Shown here piece by piece: positions 1-11,700 of a stretch of 64,000 nucleotides of DNA. This DNA comes from a virus (taxonomy: Duplodnaviria; Heunggongvirae; Uroviricota; Caudoviricetes): IMG/VR virus record IMGVR_UViG_3300020429_000539, positions 364,263 through 428,262 of that record. The stretch is one strand, 5' to 3'. The notes under the pieces were generated by a model, which saw only the letters and a list, made by a program, of their open reading frames with translations, had not been told where the DNA came from and did not search any database. The stretch's first letter is position 1; each line of letters begins with the position of its first letter. Both the position numbers and the translations under genes were made by a program.

Positions 1-2
1 CG

Positions 3-2276
3 GACCTTGAAGATCCAGTTCGCGAGCGGGCTAGAGCAATCATCGCTGTTCATAAGCATGAATATGTTACAGAAGTTGATGACCGCCGTATAAACTTGGC
101 GGATACTTTGACGGTATCTAATTGGACAACCACAGACTTCCAAAACTATTTCACCACGAGCGATTTGACTTCAACCACCAGCTTTAGGGTGTTCTTAAAT
201 GGAACGCCGGCAGGTGATTTCCAGTTGCTATTCAATCTGGATAAGGCAGAAGGGCGTATAACTTTTGAGACAAGACTGGCGGCAGGTGGTTTACTAGTTG
301 ATGAAGGCGATGACTTCCCGTTCGAGGAGCCTCCTGCTGTAAGCATTGTTTTTGATGGCTTGACAGAAACGCAGTCTACCTTGCCTCAAGAGCGGCTAGA
401 GAACGTTAGCGCTCAACAGATTTCTGTTGGTCTTGTGGAAGAACGTCAGCTTCCAAACAAAGACCATGATGGTCGTCGTCGCGAACCTCTGATTCCTGTT
501 CAGATAGACTGTATAGCCCTGGACAATGGCTTTAGGTTTGCCCCCATAGAGGAGGGGGTTAAGGTTGGCGAGGCCGTAACGTGGTATGATGTCTTTTTGG
601 CAGAAGGGCAAGAAGGGGACGTTCTGATAGCAGGGACCAGCGATGGAATCTATAAGAGCGATGACTTTGGAATAAGCTGGGAGCGTCAGATTGTATCTTC
701 AACACCTGTTAATAAGTTCTTCTATGCGGCAGACATTGACCTGTATTTTGCTCTGACGAACCGAGGCATCTATGGTTCAGGAGGAGGGCAGCAGGGCGGG
801 TTTTCTGTATGGACAGAAATTCGCGGAACGGAAAATAATAAGGCAAACCGTGGCATTGTCCAAGACGCTGATGGAAATATTTTCTGTTCGGGCGACCTTG
901 GTGTATTTAAGTTACAGAGAGATGTGGGTCGTCAGTTCTTCTTCTGGGAGCAGACGCCTATCTTCGGTCCTCGTTCTACCGAATCCTATGCGATGCTCTA
1001 CGATGCCTTTAGAGACCGTGTTATGGTAAGCAACGAGCTTGGTATCTTCGAGACATCCAACGCTGGAATACGATGGGACTTCAGTGAGGAGATGCCTGAT
1101 CAGAGGCCTATTTGGGACTTCTATCAGGAAGGCGATACCATCTTTGCGGTTACAGACTTCATCGTGTGGAGAAGAAAGGCTACGGATACAGAATTCCAGC
1201 GTATTGCTGTTTTGCAAGACGTTGAGATGACAAGAAAGGTTAGATATTGGAAAGATAGGCTGTTCATAACAACCGACCTTGGTTGTTACGTATCTATACC
1301 TGAAGACGACCCACTTAACGATACTACTATTGAGTTTGAGTTAGCTTTCCCTCAGATGAATCGCAATTCCTACGTGCCTCCTCCTTCATCAATGAACATC
1401 ATTGATAATAAGTTGTTTGTAGGCACAGAAGAGAGGCTTTTTTCTGCGACGGCTCCTGGCCGCATGGCTTTGCAAAGCGAAATTGTTCTTGGTGTTATTC
1501 CTACCATATTCGTCAATGGTGTAGAGCAGTCAATTGGTTTTAGATATACAACATCTGATCGAGATTTACGCAACGTTGTTTGTTTTGATGAAAAGCAGCC
1601 TGTTGATGCTGTAGTTACAATTGCAAACCAGTATCAAGTCTACCAGGCTACACAAAAGGGCTGGGCTGATGCAAACTTTGCATCAGGTATATTTATGAGA
1701 GTAGATGGCCGCGTAGTCAACGAGTTTAGCGTGGCAGAGCGGCCTGCATTGGCTATGTCTAATATTCGTTTTCCAGACTATAACGACCGAAATGCTCACA
1801 AGGCAGGAGCCGATTTAGCGAAGACGGCAGTCGATGCTGCAAATACGGCTTTGCTCGCTTTAGAGGGCGAAGGAGACGAAGGGGACCAAAGACTTGTAGG
1901 TTTTACTAAGGAAAACGTGATTGCTACTTTGTATGCTATAGAGAAGTTCTTATCTCAAATCTATCCTGAAGCCAGGAGAGTTGCGCAGCTTGACGATAAT
2001 GGTATTGTCGTTACAGACAACAATGGCAATATTGTTTATGAGGATTTTAAAGTACCAGATTTTAGAGTCGTGCTTCTCTCAGGTGGTTCCGCCTTCTCTG
2101 ACGAAGGTCTTACATCATTTGGCACGTATAGAGGTCTTTATGGGGATTCTACCGATATTGGCTCATTCGGTAGCGAGACTAATGGCATTGGTGTTGGATT
2201 GCCGCCAGAGGGGTCCGGTAGCGACCCCTCGTCAGGTGGCGATGGAGCAGGGTTAGGCGGCGACTCAGATGGCTGA
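3..2276 (+). CDS. Large virion (tail/baseplate-type) protein with BNR/Asp-box beta-propeller, 5' partial
   Basis: Frame is open from the window edge, so the TTG at 96 is unlikely to be the true start. Asp-box-like SDDFGISW and TSNAGIRW, repeated propeller strands, acidic; first of three giant structural-type ORFs. Confidence 0.6.
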   Translation, partial: DLEDPVRERARAIIAVHKHEYVTEVDDRRINLADTLTVSNWTTTDFQNYFTTSDLTSTTSFRVFLNGTPAGDFQLLFNLDKAEGRITFETRLAAGGLLVDEGDDFPFEEPPAVSIVFDGLTETQSTLPQERLENVSAQQISVGLVEERQLPNKDHDGRRREPLIPVQIDCIALDNGFRFAPIEEGVKVGEAVTWYDVFLAEGQEGDVLIAGTSDGIYKSDDFGISWERQIVSSTPVNKFFYAADIDLYFALTNRGIYGSGGGQQGGFSVWTEIRGTENNKANRGIVQDADGNIFCSGDLGVFKLQRDVGRQFFFWEQTPIFGPRSTESYAMLYDAFRDRVMVSNELGIFETSNAGIRWDFSEEMPDQRPIWDFYQEGDTIFAVTDFIVWRRKATDTEFQRIAVLQDVEMTRKVRYWKDRLFITTDLGCYVSIPEDDPLNDTTIEFELAFPQMNRNSYVPPPSSMNIIDNKLFVGTEERLFSATAPGRMALQSEIVLGVIPTIFVNGVEQSIGFRYTTSDRDLRNVVCFDEKQPVDAVVTIANQYQVYQATQKGWADANFASGIFMRVDGRVVNEFSVAERPALAMSNIRFPDYNDRNAHKAGADLAKTAVDAANTALLALEGEGDEGDQRLVGFTKENVIATLYAIEKFLSQIYPEARRVAQLDDNGIVVTDNNGNIVYEDFKVPDFRVVLLSGGSAFSDEGLTSFGTYRGLYGDSTDIGSFGSETNGIGVGLPPEGSGSDPSSGGDGAGLGGDSDG

Positions 2277-5200
2277 TGCATATGCTCTATACACAGCTAG
2301 CAAGACTAGTTCGTTTGCAGGTCAGAATGTAAACGGGTTGCTATCTTTTGGCAACTCGCCTATTATCAAAGACGCTGTTCTTTTCCACGCAAGTAATCTA
2401 GGTAAATTCCCGTTCGCGGGGCCTCACGAGATATTGAGAGACTCTAACTATCTTCGGGACCACATGATTAAAACGGAGAAGGACGCTTTAGCTAGAGTTC
2501 TTAGCCGTAGCTACGATGGAATCATCATTGTTGATTATAGTCGTTTTTGGTTGCCTGATTTCGATTGGTCCGAATACGAATCCGGTTCTGGTCTTTTCAC
2601 TGACAGTGATTTTGATATCGATGTTGGTTGCTCTGATGCCGACCTTTATAATCCAAGGGATAGGGATTATAGGGAGGACTTCTATAACTGGTTTTATTGC
2701 AATGAACAAGACAGAATTCAAACCATTATAGATAATCAAGATGATGGAGAAAGCGAGAGCCTAGAGCAAATTATGAGGGCAGAGTGGAATGCTGTGTCTC
2801 GTAAGTTCTATGAAATAACCATTATGGCCTTGCGAACGGTTTTGCCTCGCGCCCGTATAGGATTTTTTAACGCTCCTTATGCGATTTATAAAGACGAACG
2901 GCTAGCCGCCCAGGCTCCCAATGTATTTGGCTATGGAACGAGAGGGCTTGGTAAGATAATCAATGATAATCTGTCCTGGCTATACAGTTCGGTTGATTTG
3001 ATTTGTCCATATTTGTCTGCGCAGCGGTATACGATAGAAAATAGCAAGACTCCTCAAGTAGGCATAGAAAACACAAAGGCTCAGAACGAGGCATATTTGC
3101 GTAATAATATGCAAGAAGCTCAACGCATAGCGTCTCGTCATGGCAAAGAGGTTTTCCCAATATTGGGACACTTCTATCAGACAAACAACAAACCGCCGTA
3201 TCATAGACAGCCAATTAGCTTAGTCAACAAAACTCAACAGTATGTTGTTGCCACAGAAGAGAATGCAGATGGAATCTTCTTCTATGCAACTGTTGAAAAC
3301 GCGACAGAACAAGCACAAATAGAACAAGATTATTCTCAAGTCAATGCCATTGATGATCCAACCGGCGAAAGCCGTGGAGGGGCTTTTGGAACGCCTGGTG
3401 GTTCAGGCGGTACTGAGGATGCTTTTGATCCAGCTACGGGCGATGCATCTGTTAGCACGGATGACAGCATAGGAGGCAACAACCTCGTACCGATTGGAGG
3501 CGTTAATAGAAATGCTGTGAGGATTTATCCTCTTTGGGAGGATGAGTTTGTTTCTGTAAGCGGCAGAACGGGCAGCTTTGTTGAGTGGTGGGAATCTAAT
3601 GATGGAGTTAGTAACCTTATAACTCGCATGAATCGTGATTATAACACAGGATTCAGGCGATTCATGCTTTATCTACCGGGTGGAACTTCTACAAACGACA
3701 GCCTTAAAAGTCCTAACCAATGGTTTACGATGTCTGAGACACGGCGAACTCAACTTACCTCGCAGCTTGGATCATGGATTACGAATCATGATGATGCTGT
3801 AGTTGGGGTATTCGCGGGTCCAAAAATAGAGCAAAATCTTGACAAACTATCTACGCATGAGATAGATTTCGATTCAGCTAGTATTTATGACCTTATTAAC
3901 GAGTCTTTGGATGCCGAATACTTTAGGCAGAATTTTGAAGGCTGGTACAATATGGGTATCAGAGACTTTTTCTTTGCAGAGGTCTCGCCGTCAGAGTATG
4001 ACGATTTTACTAGTTTTGCAATGTCATCCTATTTGCTTGATAGGAAAGCCCTCAATCAGGGCTTGCCTATGGATAACGGAGAAGTAGACGAAGGCTTTAT
4101 CTCTAATTTTCCTTGGTTTATTTCTTTTGAGAAGTATCGTTCGCTTCGCGCTGGCGCGGATTGGGATTTTAGTACTTCTCGAACAGAAGTTGGCGTAGTC
4201 TTTTCCCCTAATCAAACTTTCGTTGCAGACGAAATTACGGCATTGCAGAACGAGGGTATCGTTTTCTATACAACAGAAGGCTGGCAGGATTCGTTTGTCC
4301 AAGATACAGCAGGAGTGACCTCCGATTCTAGCGATAGCGATGACAGTAGTTCAGATACTTATTCTTTTGAGGTTGTAAACACTGAGGGCTCTGACCCTAT
4401 CGAGGGCTTTGGTCTTCCACGATATGATCCAGGAACAGCTATCGCTGTAGGACAGAACGATGGCGAGGATTATGCTGACCTTGAAGTGGTTGCTATCGCC
4501 AACTCGATAGATGGAACCTTTGAGCTTGCCACGCCTCTCAATAAATATACTCGGGTTGAAGTCGATATTCTCAATCCTTCGTTTATCAATACGAGCTTTC
4601 CTCACTGGACTATTGAAGATCAGTTCGAATGGGTCAACTCAGGTATGCCATCTCATCTTTCGCAGGTCGCACATAGTAACCTGATGACTATGGGCGTAAA
4701 CTTGACTCGCACTAACCCAAATGATATGGCGAGAGTTCCTCCTTACCAGGCGAGGTATATCGTTCCTTGCAATCGAGATTTCTATGATTCATTTAACTCT
4801 ACTGTTGACTACGAACTATCTAAAGACTCCGGTAATAAGGGCCTTTCGATTCCATATCCAACATCGGTGGTTCATATCCCATCTTTGGGCGAGGTTTGGG
4901 TCGGAGGACAGGGAGGCGTTATTTCTATTGATGACGAGACATATGAAGTCCAGCGCGTAACAGTTGATTCTCGTCGAGAATTGCTCATCAAAGACATTTT
5001 TGTTAGAGGAGATACAGCATATATATTGGATGAGAAAGGACTCTACACTATTAATCTAGTAACTATGAGCGTGACCCGTGATGCGGGACTGGGTTTGCCA
5101 AATGAGCTTTTTGAGGTCACTTCTCTTTTGAATACGAACCTCGTTATAGGGGCTTCGGATGGCGTCTACGCTAAGAAAACTACTCAAGATGAGTGGCAGC

Positions 5201-5742
5201 GAGTAATCGAGACATCTGAGCCTGTAGACGTTATTATCGCTCCTGATGCCGTATTTGCGATACGCAGGGTTGGCTCGAATCGAGGCAGCAATAGCGAGGT
5301 CTACTATTCGGTTGATGGGTTCAACTGGACCAATATAGGAAACGTAGGTAGCAGAGTTGTAAACTCTATAGTTAAGTTTAGAAACAAGATTTATGTTGCA
5401 ACAGACAATGGTATATATGATGATAATGGAAACTTCTATGCCGAGCGAGCCTCTATCAGGTTGAATAATGTTTTCAATGATGCAGCAGCTTCTCGTGAGA
5501 TTATAGCAAATGATATAACTTCAAATCTAACTAGAGTGGTTGCCGGTCTGTCAGACGGAAGATATGTTGTAGTAGATGATTTGGGATTTGCTGTTGGCGA
5601 GACAAATCTTGATGCAATCCACAAGGTTCTTTTGGTCGATAATGCGATATGGGTATTTGGCTACGACTTGTTCCAGGTTGTAGGAACAGATTTGACTCGC
5701 AGATTGGTGACAGGTATTAGTTTGGCATCGCAGTATCAATAG
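2269..5742 (+). CDS. Virion protein: GH56 hyaluronidase-like TIM barrel, second uncharacterised domain, C-terminal beta-propeller
   Basis: Blocks LFHASNLGKFPF, GIIIVDYSRFW, LRTVLPRARIGFF, NDNLSWLYSSVDLICPYL and EAQRIA follow the GH56 motif order. Gly/Ser/Asp linkers; C-terminal propeller with YSVDGFNW. Confidence 0.6.
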   Translation: MADAYALYTASKTSSFAGQNVNGLLSFGNSPIIKDAVLFHASNLGKFPFAGPHEILRDSNYLRDHMIKTEKDALARVLSRSYDGIIIVDYSRFWLPDFDWSEYESGSGLFTDSDFDIDVGCSDADLYNPRDRDYREDFYNWFYCNEQDRIQTIIDNQDDGESESLEQIMRAEWNAVSRKFYEITIMALRTVLPRARIGFFNAPYAIYKDERLAAQAPNVFGYGTRGLGKIINDNLSWLYSSVDLICPYLSAQRYTIENSKTPQVGIENTKAQNEAYLRNNMQEAQRIASRHGKEVFPILGHFYQTNNKPPYHRQPISLVNKTQQYVVATEENADGIFFYATVENATEQAQIEQDYSQVNAIDDPTGESRGGAFGTPGGSGGTEDAFDPATGDASVSTDDSIGGNNLVPIGGVNRNAVRIYPLWEDEFVSVSGRTGSFVEWWESNDGVSNLITRMNRDYNTGFRRFMLYLPGGTSTNDSLKSPNQWFTMSETRRTQLTSQLGSWITNHDDAVVGVFAGPKIEQNLDKLSTHEIDFDSASIYDLINESLDAEYFRQNFEGWYNMGIRDFFFAEVSPSEYDDFTSFAMSSYLLDRKALNQGLPMDNGEVDEGFISNFPWFISFEKYRSLRAGADWDFSTSRTEVGVVFSPNQTFVADEITALQNEGIVFYTTEGWQDSFVQDTAGVTSDSSDSDDSSSDTYSFEVVNTEGSDPIEGFGLPRYDPGTAIAVGQNDGEDYADLEVVAIANSIDGTFELATPLNKYTRVEVDILNPSFINTSFPHWTIEDQFEWVNSGMPSHLSQVAHSNLMTMGVNLTRTNPNDMARVPPYQARYIVPCNRDFYDSFNSTVDYELSKDSGNKGLSIPYPTSVVHIPSLGEVWVGGQGGVISIDDETYEVQRVTVDSRRELLIKDIFVRGDTAYILDEKGLYTINLVTMSVTRDAGLGLPNELFEVTSLLNTNLVIGASDGVYAKKTTQDEWQRVIETSEPVDVIIAPDAVFAIRRVGSNRGSNSEVYYSVDGFNWTNIGNVGSRVVNSIVKFRNKIYVATDNGIYDDNGNFYAERASIRLNNVFNDAAASREIIANDITSNLTRVVAGLSDGRYVVVDDLGFAVGETNLDAIHKVLLVDNAIWVFGYDLFQVVGTDLTRRLVTGISLASQYQ

Positions 5743-5757
5743 TGAGTTTGTGATTAG

Positions 5758-8700
5758 ATGAGTGCTTTTCCAACCAAAGTTTCAGCATTTCTTAGGCCGG
5801 TAGGTAGTCCTCCCGGAGTTGCTCATGTCATACCCGACGATAGTTCGGTTTACATTGATGCTACCAATCTAGCCAGCATTGACCAAGGCGACCCCTCTTG
5901 GATTTTTGCCTGCGATACGAACGGATATTCAGGCACAGGCTACATGACCAAGCTCGCTCAAGCAGGGGTAGAAAATAATGCAGCAGTCATGTGGTATGAC
6001 GTTCAAGCCGAGTCACCTGGACTCGTTTATATTGACCTGCGACTAGCTCGAAATGGTTCTGCTACGACGGTTACTGTTTACTTGGATGATGATGAAGTAG
6101 ATAGCTTTGTCATTTCTGATGCCGTGTCTTATACATATGAGTGGTTCGGAACAAGTTTCGTTATACCTGATGAAAAAGTTCATAAGCTAGGTATTAAAGT
6201 CGAAGACACGGGTTCAGTGTCGCTTGATGCGATGAGGCTTGCTTTTGGGGCTGAGCCAACTCTTAATGCCTCATTTGATGCAACTGACACAGAGCAGTTT
6301 CGTGATGCTCCATATATTACTTTACATGCTCTAGTCTATGAAGTCAACTCAAATCTTCTGTTTGATGATGTAAATGATGCTTTACCTATCTATTCAATCA
6401 TCAAATCTTCAGATATCAAGGCAGATGATTGGTATAACTTCGACCTTTCGCCTTTGCCATGGCGTTCGCCGTTAACTGTTGAAGACAAGACATATGTTTT
6501 TACTCTATGGCATACCGTTGATCTAGACAATCATTACATTATTTGGGATTTGGCGTCCGAACAGGATGATCCTTATGCAGAGTTTTTCTTCAAAACGTTG
6601 CTATATACCCATAACTCGGGTGGAGATTTGGAGCTTGAGAACACTCGCGACCTCGCCATCCGTGTGTGGGAGTTCCGCGATGCTCTAGATAGTAGCGCAT
6701 GTGTTTTGACCACGCCCGATTCTGATGAGTTTACATTCAGGCAGCAGACATTCGATGATGCTATCATTGAGCCTATATTCAGAAACACAAGCATTACGAA
6801 TGAAGAAGAGGACTCTAACGAGGTTCAGCTTGACCTTCCAGATAGAATTGTAACGCTTCTTGTAGACCAGAGCGGTTCTATGACATGGAATGATTCAGGT
6901 GGATTGAGGCATGACCTTGCTCGAAGGCTTGTCAATCGCTTGGACGCTACATATCCAGGCGATGTATACTTTAACATTTTCTCGTTTGAGTCCACGCCTA
7001 TTCGTGTCAATTTCTTTGCTGTTATTGAATCTGATGATGTCAATACGAATGATACGAGTGATGTTGCAGATAGTTATTTTGCAGACCAAGAAAGCGGATA
7101 TGCAGGTATACGTGTAGTTCGTAAGGCATCGAGCTATCCTCTCAATCCGCTTGACGGCGATATCGTTACTGAAGGCTTTATTGACCGTGCTTTTGACGAC
7201 AACCTAGAAGAAAACGAAGACTACTTCTACAAGGTCTATACTTTCAATGAGTTTGGAACCTTTAGCGAAGGTGTGGAGATACAGGCAACTCCTCGCGTGC
7301 GAGAGATACCCAATGGCGTCGGCCAATTTTCTGCTACCATGCTGAAGGGAACAGGTGTTCGCAGAGAATCAAATGCAGTCATGCTGATGCACATGGATGA
7401 AGGCATTCAGACTACCACATACGATTTTTCTGATAACGAGCTTCATGGCTCATATTTCGGTGCAGATGAGCCGCTCTGGTTGAATCCTTCAGATGTTCCG
7501 AATGGACGCAGCGGTCTTCGATTCAATGGTTCTACTCAAGGTATATACGTTCCTGACGCAAGTAACAAAACCAGCATTGATGGTTCAATGACTATATCCA
7601 TGTGGATATATCCGTTTGATACCGAGACTTCTTCCGGCGTGCAAACGCTTGCTATTCGAGATAATTCAGGTTCTTCAACTGGGTCAGCATTGAATATAGA
7701 CTGGTGGCTCTTTCAAACTGGAGCTTCAATAGCTTTTACTAGAGATATTTCTTCTATTGCTGTTTCTGCGCCAAGTTTAGAGGCAGACACTTGGAATCAT
7801 GTTGCCGTTGTGTATGATGGCAATGATGAAACAGCCAATATCTACATAAACGGTATCAACAGGAGCGTTGCTACTACAGCGACAAAGTTTGGCGCTTTAC
7901 ATAATCCTAATACTTCTGATACGCTACGAATAGGCTATGGTAAGTTCTCTTCTGTAGTTTATGCGTTCTTTGGTAAGATGACCGAAGTTAGTCTTTTAGA
8001 TAGAGAACTGACTGCTTCGGAAATTATGGATAACTCGTTCTTGCCTATGAACGATAGCGAGAAGGTTCTTGATAATGGAGACAGGCTGCTACTGCTCAAC
8101 TACTCTGTTCCTAATGATTATAACTATGCCGGTGGCAACATTCGTATTGTCAAAAAGGAAGAGGCAGGCGCAAGGCAATATAGTTTTACAGGCAACACAG
8201 ATGACAATGGCGAGCTTGAGCGTATAGACGAAGGATTTGGTTTTGAGCCATTCCATGAGAATGATGGAACAGTTGTTTTCAATGAAAGCGCTGCGGTAGG
8301 TGCGTTCACGGTTGCCATACCTGATGATTACATACATGGCAGAGTATATGATTATCGTATATTCTCACAGAACCTTATAGGCAACTATAGTACTTATTCG
8401 GACTCGCCAAATCTATCAATAGTTGTTCCAGGCTTCGGAGGGAATCAAGGACAAGACCTCCGTACTGATATCATTGGCGCTCCATCACCTGCTCTTCCAA
8501 CGGTTGATGGAGTAAGCGTTCAGCAAGGTAATCGTAAACTTTATATACAATGGCAAGTTCCTTTTATAGATGACAGAGTGCGAGAGGTTCATATCTATTA
8601 TCGAACGGGCAACTTCCCGGTTGTTGATGAAACTTCATCAACCGGAGAACTTGTTTTTCGCGGTAATCCCGAGCAGCTTGAGTTTGTTCATCGCAATATT

Positions 8701-11700
8701 AACAATGACCAGATTGCTTACTATGCAATAGTTACGGTTGACCAATATGGTTTCTTTTCTTCTCCTGTATATGTATCTCAGATACCTGATGAAGAAGCTG
8801 ATGAGACTGGCATACCTTTGCTTGAGGTCCAGAAGCTTCGTTACGAAGTAGTAAATGAAGACTCTGTTAGCTTGCAATGGGAGCAGCCTGTCCGTTTCCA
8901 GAAGAGCGTTGAAGCATGGTTTGACCAGAGAGTTGCCATGTACGCTCAGATTACAGACGAGTTTGGCGCTCCTATTGCAGATGATAGCCGTATCGAGATT
9001 GTCGCTGATGGTCGCGTTTCTTCGGCTCAGTTGGCTGAAGATGTGTTCCAGGAGATACCAAACCGCGAAAGATTCACGCCCGCAGCAGAAGACACGTTTA
9101 TACTGTCTTCAACAGCCCTTGGTGGTGGAACAATTCGTGCCATTCTTCGGATGGTTCCAGACTTCAATATTATCTCAGCTATCAATGAACTAAATCTTAG
9201 CGCATTCGTTTCGTTCACAATACCTGACCGTGAGCGCCCGAGTCAGAATATCTTTGAGTTTAAATCATTGCCTATCTCTATTAAGATGAAGAATCCATTC
9301 TTCATGGAGATGACTAATCTTCGCAATGACAAGATAGAGCATTTGTGTAAAGAGACTTTCCCTCTTGGCGATATTACGGCCATTGCCACAGGTGGTTTGC
9401 TTTTTAATCCTAATCAAACAAAAGAGTTTGACGGAACGTTTATTCGTAGACAGGAGCCGTTCATTGCTCGTGTTAAAGTCAAATACCGTGATGAGGCCCT
9501 TGACAGTGGTGGTCGTGTATTCGTAGCTGTGCATGAGGCGTCTGACCCCGGTTGTGATGACAATGAATCTGACCCATCAGTTCCTTTTGAGCCAAGTTTT
9601 TCGAACCGAAAGAGCCGAACGGTTCTTCCTCCTTCGACCACCTTGACAATGCAAACAGGCACAGAGGTAGACGATGACGGCATAACAAGAACTTTCAGCT
9701 TTGTAGATATACCGCTTCAGCCGCCTGATTTCCCGCAAGGCGTTATGCTCTTTGCAAAAGGCGCTTACAACGGATACTTCTCTCGCAAACGACTATACAT
9801 AGCATTTGAGAACATACTCAGAGTCGAGGTTACGGCAACTCCTCCACAACCTGACTGTATAGATGTTGCAGAGCAGTTTGCTTCATGCTATCTCATCGAT
9901 CCTGACAGCCCCAATCCTCGCGACCCGCGCCGAACATTGATTCCCGATGGTGAGATATGTAAGTGGACTCTCCGTAAGGGGCAAACAGGTAAAGACCGTC
10001 CATTCTATTCTACGGATAACGTAGCTCAAGGGCCTGGCGTCTTTTCATCTATCAGAAATAATCAGGCAAGGAAAGTTTTCTTCGGTCCAGCTTGTGGGGT
10101 TACATGGACCATTGTGAACCTTGGCCCTCAAAACGGCGGCATTGCGTTATTGCCCGAGATTTATGCGCTGAAAGCATCTGTGGTTTATGATGGACTGAGC
10201 GCCTTTGAAGACCGTCCATTGTTCATATATCCACAAGAGGTTACAGGTGGTTTTGGTTCTAGGTTCTTGATGAACTTAGACAACTACAGAGTGACTATGT
10301 GGGCTGATGGATTTGACTATGAGAAGTTGACAATATGGCATGACCCCAATACTGCGGGAGGCTGGGCAGCAAGGGGTTTCCGTAGATGTTCTGAAGAGTT
10401 TGGCGGAACTCTATTCGTTTTGAATGGAGGTCAGTTTGTTGAGTTAGAAACTGGTAATTCTTTCGAGATATTCTATGGCGATGATGTCGAGATTGAGTTT
10501 GACCCATATATAGATGAACCAGTTATAAGCGGCGGAACACAAGACGTTGGCTTTGCTGTAATACCGCTTACAGAACTAGATAACAAAACCGAAGTATTCC
10601 TGCGTATCAATCAGTTTATTGGTCCGCCACCCGACCAGAGCGATAGCGAAGAAGTTACAAACCGCTGTGGTGCGCTCAATCTACCTGAGCCGATGCGCAC
10701 GGAAGATAACGATAACACTTTGTTTGGTAGAACCGAAGTCGTTTTCAATGATGAGCTTCGTTATCTAACAGCAGGTGGAGACCTAGAGAACGGTATACCG
10801 CCTACAATTTTGAAGCTGCGAGAGCCTTTGCAAATCCGTATACTACAGGCTCGCCGCAATGGTGTTCCTGTTCAAGAGATACTTGTGGACGGTACGTCTG
10901 AACACGAGTTCATTGTAGAAGTTACATTCTCAGGCAAGAATGTCCCCAACGGCACGCCTATATTCTTGACTATCGGTGGCCCCAACCCTCAGAAGCTTCA
11001 GCTTACACAGTCTGTTATCTTTACTCAGCAACAAGAAGACCCATTCCTGGGCGGCGGGGTTAGGAGCCTTGCATCGTTTACCACGTTGCCATTTAGCCCT
11101 CTTGAGCAGTTCGTTGCACAAGTCCAGGCTGAGTGCAGGTATGATAAACGTGGCGATGTCACGAGAAGTATGACATCTTGTCTGACAATTGACTACAAGA
11201 TTGAACAAGACACCCAAGATAATGATGATGACGAAGAAGAGCAGCAGGCACAAATTAACAACGTGTTTAGCGGTCAGATCGAAATATACGATACTCAAAC
11301 TGATACGTGGGAGTTAAAAGATGTCAGCATGAATCATCCACGAGGTTCGCTGACTCTCAACTGGACATTCGATGCATACGGCGAGGTTCTGCATGCTATT
11401 GGCGGTATTGATGGCACAGCTATAACCGCTTACAATGAGCAATACCGCATTGATTCTGGCGAGTGGATTGACTTGGCTCCGATGATAACGCCGAGGTTCT
11501 ACCATTCGGCTGTTGAAGAACAAGGCTTGATATATGTTCTTGGTGGATTGACCATTGAAGATAACGACCTTATTGTGAGTCGCGCTCTTGAGCGATACAA
11601 TCCACTAACAGATTCATGGACGGTTTTGACTCAAATGCCTGACCTGGGCGACGGCGCTGATGATTTTTATGGTATCGCTCTGGGAGCGGCTGTCAGAGTT

